NCBI RefSeq assembly: GCF_006345805.1
Contig: NC_043002.1
Span: forward strand, 49,786,001-49,850,000
DNA: 64,000 nt
Direction of reading: 5' to 3'
Source: Octopus sinensis
Lineage: Eukaryota
Part shown: positions 53,382-64,000 of the stretch, piece by piece
Layout of the letters: each line of letters begins with the position of its first letter
How positions within the stretch are numbered: the stretch's first letter is position 1
Position numbers and translations under genes: made by a program
The notes under the pieces: model-generated
Databases searched by the model: none
Told to the model about the DNA's origin: nothing
Seen by the model: only the letters and a program-made list of their open reading frames with translations

Positions 53382-53580
53382 CACGCACGCACACACACAT
53401 ACACACACACAAGAAGCTTCTTTTAGTTTCCGTCAACCAAATCCACTGACAAGCCCTCGGTCAAATCGAGGCTATAGTAGGAAACTCTTGCCCAAATCAA
53501 AGCGCCTCACAGTGGGACTGAACCCAGAACCATGTGGCTAGGAAGCAAACTTCTTACCACAAAGCCCCACCCCTGTGACT
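53125..53580 (-). mobile_element. Full-length SINE-B
   Basis: Both halves and an internal (CA)/(TA) tract. Confidence 0.9.
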
Positions 53581-54286
53581 ATGTTTGTTTTTCTGTTTTT
53601 CTACCTTTCTATGTGCATGTGTACTTATAATCAATTCCGCATAAACCCATGTAATATTTCCGCCGCCCCTTGTGGCAAATAACCGAAATCATTATTACGT
53701 CCGCTTTGTTCATTAAGACCTTGTGTAACTAATGATAAATAAATAAATAAATAAATAACAATAATAATCGTTTATTTATTATTAATTATTATTGTTGTTG
53801 GTATTGATAATGGAAATGCTTTCTGCCTATGTAAGAATGAAATGATTATGTATTGTGCTATTTGCTTAGCGATCGTTAGCTGTGTAGCTTCCGATTAATG
53901 CTTTTTTCACAGCTATACCATTGTTGCTGATGATGGTGTTGTATATGTAATTGTCATGCTGACGGACTTTAAATAAATAAATAAATAAATATAAATGAAA
54001 AACCAATGAAATCAACTAACAATAATAATAGTAATAATAATAATAATAATTATAATAGACGTAAAGAAATGAGAGAAGGAGGAGGGAGATATAAAGTAGC
54101 AGTGAATCATTGATTAACAACATATAAACAGATCTGTTGTAGTATTGATGTCTGCAACGGAGCGGAGTTTCGATCTAACCAAGTGTAAATAATCAAATGC
54201 CGGTCTCTTTTTCAATCAATCAGTCTCGCATAGATAATCAAAGGGTCCGTCTGTTCTTGTTATTGTTGCTACTGCTCTCTGTGGCG

Positions 54287-54337
<51 letters not shown>

Positions 54338-54612
54338 TGGTGCTGCTGCCTCTTGAATACTGCTGCTGTAGTAGTAATAGTTGTTGTAGTTGTTGTTATT
54401 GCTGTTATACTGTTACTCTATAAGTTGTAGTTGCTTGTATTGTTACCGTAGTGGTGGTAGTAGAGTGGTGGCTGTAGCAGCAGCAGTGGTGGTGGTGGTA
54501 GTAGTAGTAGTGCTGGTGGTGGTGGGGGGCTGTAGCAGCAGCAGCAGTGGTGATGGTGGTAGTAGTGGTGGTGGTGGTAGTAGTAGTAATGGTGGTGGTA
54601 GTAATAGTAGTT

Positions 54613-54819
54613 CAGTAGCTTGCTGGGGTGATAGAGTAGGGAGGTCGGGTCGTTCTACATCCGGGCGACGCTTTTATGTGTGTGGTGGTGGTGGGGAGCA
54701 GCACTTATGGTTCTGCTGTATAAGCCGACATAGATAGGCTTTTGGTGACTCCCGAGTGGTGGAGTGCAGCAATGTAAAGGGCTGCCCCGAACGGCACACA
54801 TTTCTAGCTAAGGTCAGTG
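54613..54819. mobile_element. Diverged copy of the 40928 hAT-type MITE
   Basis: Shares CGTTC(T/C)ACA.CCGGGCG.C.CTTTT and AAGGGC(T/C)GCCCCG(A/G)ACGGCACACA. Confidence 0.65.
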
Positions 54820-55849
54820 TACAGTAGTTTGTAGTTTTTGATGTTTGTTGTTGAAGTGGCATAGTAGTTGTTATAGCTGTTGCTGTTTTTGTTGTACGGA
54901 TGCGGGGGGAAAAGAGTTACATTTGCACCGCTGAGTTTCTCGGCGATTCGAAACCGAATCAGCGACCTGGTTTTTTCGATTACCAATCGCAATCACTTCA
55001 CTTAGGTCGTCAGGGTTGTACGTAGTGGGAACGCACACGCACACACACACACATGCACATAGAAATCTGAACGTTAACCAACCACTTTATTTATCTAAAC
55101 GAGTTATGGCTGCAAAACAGTAAAGTCGGAGTAGTGATCATGATGATGGCGATGGTGATGTTAGCGACAGTAGTGGTGGTGGTGCTGGTGCTAGTGCTAG
55201 TGGTGCTGGTGATGGTGGCAATTACATCGGTAGTGTCTATTTAGTTTGTGTTCCTTAATTTTCCAAGCTCAAATCCCAAGAGATTTCGGCTTGGTGTTTG
55301 TCCTTCCGGGTTCGATGCGTAGAATCAACATTATCACCACCATCATCATCAGCATCAGCGTCATCGTTAACATCATTATTACCACCACCACCTCCACCTC
55401 CACCACCACCATCATCATCATCATCATCATCACGACCTGCACTATCATAATTCATCATCATCAACGACATCAGCGCTATTATTGTCGAGCTCTAGGAGCC
55501 ACTTCAAAGATCAAGGGACTCTACCATTCCTTTCTCCTCCCTTTTCTCTCCTTGCTCGCCCCATGCATTTTTCTCATCCCCACTTCACTTGTCCCTCTTC
55601 CTCTTCATCCTTTTCAACCTAACATAAAAAATACAAATATATAAATCATAAACATATAAAATCTCAGCCATCGGTATTCCCGCTTCAAACTGAATCAAGT
55701 GTCCCGACAGCGGATCAATATATTAAGTATCGTTCGATTCTGTTTTATCTGGCGTGAGCTTTACAGACTCGTGAGATCATAGCTTATCCGTATTTTCAGA
55801 GCGTTCAGAATTAGAGCACAAGTCCCCCAACCACACCCATCAACCTTTG

Positions 55850-56000
55850 AATGGGACACCATTCCAATGAAGGATTAGTTCCGCAGATATTACTGGTACT
55901 CATTTTCAGTTGAGTGTACTGGAGTTATGCAAAACTAAGTGCTTGGCTCAAGAAATAACGCATCGCCATGTCTGAGAATCGAAACCACGACCTACACCTT
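55850..56000 (-). mobile_element. Diverged SINE-C
   Basis: Reverse complement of the C core and head. Confidence 0.7.
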
Positions 56001-56376
56001 CACCCGTAGATCATCGCACGTCTTTTCCTAATTATGTAAATGAATGAGCAAAATTCTTTGCAATTATTTTTTGTTTTTTTTTTTTCTTGTAAAATTTTGT
56101 CTTTCCGATGAAAGCGTACTCCATGTGTGTGTGTGTGTGTTTCTCTCGCACCACCATCTGAGAACAGGGTTGGTTTGTTTACGTCCTCGTAACTTATAGA
56201 TTCGGCAAAAGAGACCAGTAGAGTACCTATAACAAGTTTTGAAAAATATACTGAGGTAGATTTATTCGATTCAACCATTGTTTCTCGACCGAGGTCCACA
56301 TGACCCTTCGGAGTTCATATGAAATTTTGTTGCTAAAATATTTGTCCAATGAATTGGTTATACTTCTACAATAAAG

Positions 56377-56875
56377 GCGCGGTGGTGGCTGTATGGTAAG
56401 AAGATTGCTTCCCAACCACATGGTTCCAGGTTCAGTCCCATTGCGCGGCACCTTGGGAAACTGTCTTCTACTATAAGCCTCAGACCAAACAAAACCTTGT
56501 GAGTGAATTTGGTAGACGGAAACTGAAAGACGCTCGTCGTATATATGTGTATGTGTGTATCCCACCATCGCTTGACGACCGATGTTGCTGTGTTTATGTC
56601 CCCGTAACTTAGCGGTGGCGGCGGTGATAACCGATATTATTATAAGGCGGCGAGCTGGCACAAACGTTAGCACGCCGGGCGAAATGCTTATCGGTAGTTC
56701 GTCTGCCGTTACGTTCTGAGTTCAAATTCCACCGAGGTCGACTTTGCCTTTCAAGCTTTCGGTCTCGATAAATAAGTACCAGTTACGCACTTATATATAA
56801 TCGACTTAATCCGATTGTCTGCCCTTGTTTGTCCCCTCTGTGTTTAGCCTCTTGAGGATAGTAAAGAAATAGGTA
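56377..56875 (+). mobile_element. SINE-B (56377-56610) followed by SINE-A long-tail (56646-56875)
   Basis: Matches in-window copies. Confidence 0.88.
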
Positions 56876-58209
56876 CTGTAACAGAACACCCCTCCCCTAA
56901 AAAACAACTAAACATGTTTACCACCACGGTTCATGGGTGTGTATGAAATGGAAACCATTTGGCACGTGTGTAGGGAAGTGTGTACATGTGTACGTGGAAT
57001 ATAGTGATATATGCAACTTTTATATCCAGTTCATATTTCTCGTTAATTTTTGCTTTTTAAAATGCCATCTTTCAAAAATGAATAATGCTGTCTTCAGTGT
57101 GTATGTGTGTACATATATCTCTATGTATGCGTATGTACACATGTCTATATGTACATGTTTCTTTATATGGAATGTTTATAACGTTGAACATATATGTATG
57201 AATGTATATAGATATGTGTATATATTTATTCACACACGTGTGTGTGTGTGTCTGTATATATGAATGTGTATGTGTGTATATATGCATAAGTATGTTTGTG
57301 TATGTATACACACACACTCACACACACACACACTCACACACATATATATATGTATGTATGTATGTATATATTCTTTTATTCTTTTGTATGTTTCAGCCCT
57401 AAGACTGCGACTATGCTGGGGCACTGGCACATATATACGCACATGTATAATCTGTGTTGTGTGTGTGTGTATATTTATATATATGTGTGTGTGTGTATAT
57501 TTATATATATATATATGTGTGTGTGTGTAACTGAAATATCTCAGAAATAGTATATTTTATCTTATTTTTTTCACATATTTATTTTCATACTTACCTTCGG
57601 CAGTGCAGTACAAATTTTTGTGACATTTGGACCTCTATTTAATTGATTAAACACACATTTTGTTATTTCTTGACGAAAAAGATACATGGCTTCCGAGACA
57701 TTAACACTCGTACACACATACAGAATACACACATATAATGAATGTCATTGTGTGTCAATCAACACAAACACACGTCCGCTAGCTGTGACATATACACACA
57801 CATAGTCTTCGCGCTCTCTAAGAAAAAAGAAGCCATCGACTTTTTGACGTACACAATATTATTAATCATTGAGAAATATTTTTAACCTAATGTGATTTCA
57901 TGATCCGGAGTTCGTTAATTTCCGTAAAAAAATTTATCTATTTCCTTTTGTTTTAAAATGAAAGAGAGGAGAAAGTGACAGATGTATGTACGTGTATGTG
58001 AAATGGATGTGTATGCGTGTGAAAGAGAGAGGGGAAGGGAGAGAGAGAGAGAGAAAGAAAGAAAGTGAGTGAAGGGATGAGTTGTCATGTTTACGTACAT
58101 ACATCAATACATATGCTTACACCTTTTTTGTATGTACGTGTGTATGCATGTGTGTGTGTGAGTGAGTGAATGTGTGTGTTCTCATGTATGTGTAAGTGGC
58201 ACACTCTTT

Positions 58210-58240
<31 letters not shown>

Positions 58241-58510
58241 CTTCAAACACGCGTCCATTTCATATACCCTTTCATACATCTTTCACTTTAAAACAAGAGT
58301 AACAGGTGATTTTCAGGATAGAAATTGTTTTTAAAAAATGCTTCTGTACATGTAAATTGATTGATTACCATTGTTTGGATAGTTCCAATTAAATAAGTCC
58401 AGAAGTTTGGTTAAATATACATACATGCACAAGTATCGTGAATTCCCATTCTACCAACTGGCAAACAATTCCGTGAATACTTTACCGGGTAACGCTGGGT
58501 AATAAGTCTA

Positions 58511-58580
<70 letters not shown>

Positions 58581-58631
58581 GAAATATTGAATTTCTAAAT
58601 CTCTCGTAGAGACATGTACGGTGGTGGGGCG

Positions 58632-58868
58632 ATAGAATGGTTGTATACTGTCAATCTAACAAGAACGTGACAGTAGGGGGTACACCACCGCTGTATAGCC
58701 CTAGGAAGCATCGAACGCCTCCTGATGGCTTTGACACATTTTTCCCTGTGTCCTTATATACATTGTCAAAGCCATCAGGAGGCGTTCGATGCTTCCTAGG
58801 GCTATACAGCGGTGGTGTACCCCCTACTGTCACGTTCTTGTTAGATTGACAGTATACAACCATTCTAT
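58632..58868. repeat. Perfect palindrome: 105-bp arms, 27-nt spacer
   Basis: 58632-58736 is the exact reverse complement of 58764-58868. The two ORF-track entries share an identical N-terminus for this reason. Confidence 0.98.
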
Positions 58869-59197
58869 ATATTATATATATACTATATATATATATAAAT
58901 TAAAATACTAACGAGGCTTCTGTTATACCCTGCATGCGTATGTTTGTGTGCACGCGCACACTTCCGTAGGATTATTTCGTATTCATAGTGGTGTGTCATT
59001 TAGCGTAAATGTATAACGTTTGTGTGTGTGTGTATGTGCATGTACGTGTTAGATCACTTGTATGAATCTATTTGTAAATAAATAAAGCAAGTGTGTGTTG
59101 TTTATTGCTTATATATATGTTGAGAAATGTGGAGGGAGAGCGGGAGAGAGATATGATGGGAGGGGGCATTTTTACGCCAGATGTTAGAAACAATATA

Positions 59198-59308
59198 CGG
59201 GCATACCTCGATTTACGTCGGTAATAGGCGCACATGTGACGTAACACGAAGAAGCATTTTTTAAAATTTATTTGCGTGTTTTAATAAATGGTTAGTACAT
59301 ATTTTCAC

Positions 59309-59344
<36 letters not shown>

Positions 59345-59564
59345 TTTTTCTCTTAAGTATTCGTTTTTAAGTGTTTTTTTTTTATTTCCATGTTTTTAAA
59401 CATGTTCGCTAAGACCGATGACGTAAGGTCGGATAAATCGACTGAAATTTATTTTATATCATATTTTTGTTTTTGTTTTTGTTTTTCTCTTAGTTTCTTT
59501 AAAAAAAAGAAAATGCGTTAAGTCGAAAATAACGTAACTCGAATAACGTAAGTTAAAATGCCTC
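59198..59564. mobile_element. pogo/Tigger-like MITE
   Basis: TA|CGGGCATACCTCGATTTACG start resembles Tigger TIRs. Degenerate right end CGTAAGTTAAAATGCCTC|TA. Repeated CGTAA subterminal motifs. Confidence 0.6.
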
Positions 59565-59610
59565 TATGTGCGTGTATATTTGCAAGCACTCACACATACA
59601 TGCCTGCGCT

Positions 59611-59656
<46 letters not shown>

Positions 59657-59961
59657 TACAGGCGCATACACACAAGGTGTTAAAAAAGATGTGCCAACAG
59701 TCCCTATCGTCACATCAAATGTAGATATTGAAAGCTATCGTTGATCGACCTTAAAACCTTCGATCGAGTACTGATCTCCTTTAAAATCACGGAAATTTCT
59801 AGAGATGTGTCATCAATCACATTTATTTGACACTATCGTTGGTGACATAAGTTAATGGTGATTCCTTTCAAAACAAAGTCAAAAGAATGTCACTTCTATT
59901 TAGTTCTTTAGTTTCTCTTTAAGTTCACACATCGCCTCATTGCGATCCTATACACGCATCT

Positions 59962-59998
<37 letters not shown>

Positions 59999-60056
59999 CC
60001 GCTCTCCCTCTCTCTTTCCCTCTATCTATCTCACTCTCACATTCACACACATTTCT

Positions 60057-60288
60057 TATTTCTTTACTACCCACAAGGGGCTAAACATAGAGAGGACAAA
60101 CAAGGACAGACAAACGGATTAAGTCGATTACATCGACACCAGTGCGTAGCTGGTACTTAATTTATCGACCTCGAAAGGATGAAAGGCAAAGTCGACCTCG
60201 GCGGAATTTGAACACAGAACGTAACGGCAGACGAAATACTGCAAAGCATTTCGCCCGGCGTGCTAACGTTTCTGCCAGCTCGCCGCCT
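60057..60288 (-). mobile_element. SINE-A long-tail monomer with a 15-bp TSD
   Basis: TTCACACACATTTCT at 60042-60056 and 60289-60303. Confidence 0.95.
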
Positions 60289-60675
60289 TTCACACACATT
60301 TCTACGCAACTGATATTTCATTTATCGACTCCGAAAGGATGAAAGAAAGACAAAGTCGACTCCCACCCATAGTATTCTAAGCCTAAGTATTCTTACAGAC
60401 ACCTGTATCCAATAATAATACTCAGACAGAAGTATCTTGAGACAGCTTGTAGCGAGCACGGTAGACTTTTAACTTACAGATGCAATCAACCGACCAGATT
60501 CTGCGTAGTTTCTGCCAATCCAACTTTACTACACAACAAAGTTTGGGTCAACCCTGAAGCGATGTTAAAAAAAGTAAAAAGAAACTTGTATATATATATG
60601 TGCGTATATATATACATATATATACGCACATATACATATTCCCACAAACTGGCAAAATACGTTCGATAGATCGAT

Positions 60676-60714
<39 letters not shown>

Positions 60715-60852
60715 TGTATATACGTGCGTATTTATGTATATACGTGCGTATTTATGTATATGTATGCATATTTATATGTATATACACACACATGTGTCTT
60801 TGCACGTTTGTATGTATTTATTCGTATTTGTGTGTGTATCTGTGTGCTCGCA

Positions 60853-60887
<35 letters not shown>

Positions 60888-61441
60888 AATACACAACAGG
60901 CACACATATACGTCTGTATTCCTGCGTGTATACCTTAACGTCTCTTCATGAACGACGTTTCCTTACATTTATATATAAGCATCATAACCATGGATTGTCC
61001 CAAGCATGTATCTCATATATTCTTATTTCCATGCATACACTCACATGTATATATGTACGTGTGTATGCAAATATGTACATACATGTATGTGTAAATGAAT
61101 ATATATGCGTGTGTACCAGATATTTAAATATATTAGACATTTAGTAAAAATTACATAAAAGAAACAGTTATAATTGACATAAATACACACGGACATGCAT
61201 ACACGTGTGTGTGTGTGCGTATGTGCATGCATGCATGCAAGGTGTCCATAAATTAACTTTACAACTTCCACAGTTTATTTTATCTATTAAAGATGAAAAA
61301 CCATCAATCAACTTCTTTGAATGTTATGTAATATTATTTAAAGTTTTTAATTTACGTACTTTGTTTTAATATTTAAGTCTCTTTCATTTGTCTTAAAGCG
61401 TTTTATTATTTCCTTTATTTTCATTATTATTTTCTTATTAA

Positions 61442-62232
61442 GGCGACGAGCTGGCAGAAACGTCAGCACGCCGGGCGAAATGCTTAGCGGTTTTTCGTCT
61501 GCCGCTACGTTCTGAGTTCAAATTCCGCCGAGGTCGACTTTGCCTTTCATCCTTTTGGGGTCGATTAAATAAGTACCAGTTACGAACTGGGGTTGATATA
61601 ATCGACTTAATCCGTTTGTCTGTCCTAGTTTGTCCTCTCTGTGTTTGGCCCCTTGTGGGTAGTAAAGAAATAGGTATTTCGTCTGCCGTTACGTTCTGAG
61701 TTCAAATTCCCCCGAGGTCGACTTCGCCTTTCATCCTTTCGGGTTCGATTAAATAAGTTACCAGTTGCGCACTGGGGTCGATGCAATCGACTTAATCCCT
61801 CTATCTGTCTTTGTTTTTCCCCTCTGTTTAGCTCCTTGTGGGCAATAAAGAAAAAAGAAACGTTAGCACGCCAGGCGAAATGCTTATGGGTATTTCGTCT
61901 GCCGTTACGTTCTGAGTTCAAATTCCGCATAGGTCGACTTTGCCTTTCATCCTTTCGGGGTCGATTAAATAAGTACCAGTTACGCCCTGGGGTCGATATA
62001 ATCGACTTAATCCGTTTGTTTGTTCACTTTGTGTATAGCCCCTTGTGGGTAGTAAAGAAATAGGTATTTCGTTTGCCTTTATGTTCTGAGTTCAAATTCC
62101 GCCGAAGTAGACTTTGCCTTTCATCCCTTCGGGGTCGATAAATTAAGTATCAGTTGCGTACTAGAATCGATCTAATCGATTTCCCCCTTCCCAAAACTTT
62201 CGGGCCTTGTCCTTTGAGTAAAAAAGATTATT
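61442..62232 (+). mobile_element. SINE-A tetramer
   Basis: Units start at 61442, 61674, ~61857 and 62064. The last unit carries the short tail. Confidence 0.95.
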
Positions 62233-62309
62233 ATTTTCTTATTTGAAAGCGGCGAGCTGGCAAAATCGTTAGCACGTTCGACGAAATGCTTAGCGGTATA
62301 TTTCAGTCG

Positions 62310-62700
62310 GTCACGCTTGGGAGTCCAGCGGGAAAGTGTAATGATGGTTACTTTTGATAGGACCCAATGGAGGGGGTGTCTCAGGACCCTATCTTTAGGA
62401 TCCTACCTGAAATTGTGGGTGGAGAAGACAGATGGGTGAATGGATGGATCCCTAAAATGCTCCGCGAAAGACGAATTATTCAAGACAACCCAGCTGGCCG
62501 AAGGCCTGGAAGTAGACGAAGAACGAGACGGCTGGTCAATATCCAAAGTTTTCAGCTGGTCACGTTTGGGAATGCAGCGGGAAAGTGTAAAGATAGTTAC
62601 TTTTGATTGGACCCTATGGACTCTACCTCTAGGATTTTCCCAGGAATAACAGGTAGAGAAAATGATTGGGTGAATGCATGGATCCCTTCAGAGTAGATAA
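62310..62700 (+). mobile_element. Two tandem RTE-like LINE 3'-end fragments inserted in a SINE-A
   Basis: Translations GRRPGSRRRTRRLVNI / SWSRLG(V/M)QRESV..VTFD(RTQ/WTL)W resemble the RTE ORF C-terminus. SINE-A head at 62248, remainder at ~62835. Confidence 0.75.
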
Positions 62701-63204
62701 AATGAAATACCAATTCGTGATGGATCATCAGTATCATCATTTAACGTCCGTTTACTATGCTGGCATGGGTTGGACAAGCAATGGAAGAATTGTTACAGAT
62801 CCAGGCAAGAATGCTTTGTGGTCTTTGTTCCAGCTCTCTACGCTCTGAGTTCAAATCCCATTGAGGTCGATTTTGCCTCTTTATCATTTTGGGGTCGACA
62901 AATAAAGTACCAATCTATTGTTGTTCACTGGCAGAATTGATGTAGCTTCGTGGTTAGGGTGTTGCGCTTACGATCGTGAGATCGTGATTTCGAATCCCAG
63001 ACTGAGTAGGGCATCGTTTCTCTTGAGCAAAACACTTCATTTCTGTTCCCTTTGCGATCGTTTTCGACATTTGATGTGTGACACCCTTGTGCACCTCTAC
63101 TGGTAATGTCAGTTTGATCACTATAAACAAATCATCTGTGTGGTTCTTTAGCAAGAAGTCGCAAATCCCTCGTCTATCATCTGACGACGCGAGATTTCAT
63201 GATA

Positions 63205-63385
63205 GCATATCATCATTATCATCATCACTTAACGTCCATCTTCCATGCTGGCATGGGTTGGACGGTTTGACAGAAGCCAGCAAACCAGAGGACTGTATCA
63301 AACACACCTTTCTGTTTTGGCATGGTTTTTACCTGGTGAATGCCTTCCCTAATGCCAACTACTTTACAGAGTAGAGGACTGGGCA
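63205..63385 (-). mobile_element. Retroelement 3' tail fragment ending in (GAT)n; second piece at 62725-62790
   Basis: Reverse complement ..CCAACCCATGCCAGCATGGAAGATGGACGTTAAGTGATGATGAT. Confidence 0.65.
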
Positions 63386-63634
63386 CCTATATATATATGA
63401 AGAATATTTTGTATGTCTGTTGTATGTGTTATCATTTTAAGAATGGCGTAGGCAAAGGACGTTAATGTTTTGGCTGCGGTTATTGGTGCTGGTTACAATT
63501 TTAGTAGCATAGTATTTCAGTACACACACACACACATATATATATATATTACAGTTGTATGTTTGTAATGTACTGATCATACATACATACACACACACAC
63601 GCACGTGAGCGCATGCACACACACAAAATAATAA

Positions 63635-63795
63635 ACTTTTACTCTTTTCAGTCATTTGACTGTGGCCATGCTGGAGCACCGCCTTTATTCGAGCAACTCA
63701 CTCCCAGGACTTATTCTTTGTTATCTTAGTGCTTATTCTATCGGTCTCTTTTGCCGAACCGCTAAGTTATGGGGACGTAAACACACCAGCATCGA
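63635..63795 (-). mobile_element. SINE-B 3' half
   Basis: Reverse-complement match. Confidence 0.88.
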
Positions 63796-63916
63796 TGGTG
63801 TGTTTGTGAATATTTTGGTATTCATTGTATTGTATTTCCTCGTGTGATATTATAAACGTATGATTTATGAATGATGTGCGTGTGTATAGACATATAGATA
63901 CATTCACATATATATA

Positions 63917-63961
<45 letters not shown>

Positions 63962-64000
63962 AAACGGCAGTTTGTCTGTGTGTGTTTCTGTGTGTCTGTT

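Noticed and set aside
58637-58863. Pair of 70-aa ORFs on opposite strands with the same N-terminus
   Set aside because: This is a direct consequence of the palindrome, with no independent coding evidence.
59225-59440. Two TGACGTAA (CRE-like) sites suggesting a promoter
   Set aside because: They fall inside a pogo/Tigger-like MITE whose subterminal motifs contain CGTAA.
63940-64000. Possible Helitron 5' end at the window edge
   Set aside because: Only a TA-rich start motif is visible. The diagnostic 3' hairpin and CTAG would lie outside the window.

Overview
This is AT-rich, microsatellite-saturated animal DNA, intergenic or deep-intronic. I cannot support any intact host protein-coding gene, rRNA, canonical tRNA or CRISPR array. 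Almost every ORF in the supplied track is translated microsatellite or antisense repeat. The repeat families resemble those I remember from Octopus genomes, but that is unverified inference. Contents: (1) dozens of copies of three main tRNA-derived SINE groups, named A, B and C here, plus one related type D, including nested, chimeric and concatemeric forms; (2) three decayed Tc1/mariner transposons (Tc1-like 1-856, maT/rosa-like 31651-32525, near-complete mariner 41853-43076); (3) non-autonomous DNA elements (hAT-type MITEs with 8-bp TSDs, a long-TIR MITE with a perfect 8-bp TSD, mariner and pogo MITEs, a Helitron-like element); (4) RTE-like LINE ends. The most unusual signals are a perfect 105-bp-arm palindrome at 58632-58868, a 184-bp hairpin at 9856-10039, locally templated inverted duplications (32449-32606, 34705-35520, 1-180), SINE-A concatemers sharing one fixed junction at dispersed loci, modular SINE tail swapping, family-specific insertion into microsatellites, and an unexplained coding-like remnant of about 150 codons at 52270-52880. 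I see no strong evidence for a wholly new biological system. Repeat boundaries were read by eye and are approximate unless TSDs or TIRs are quoted.
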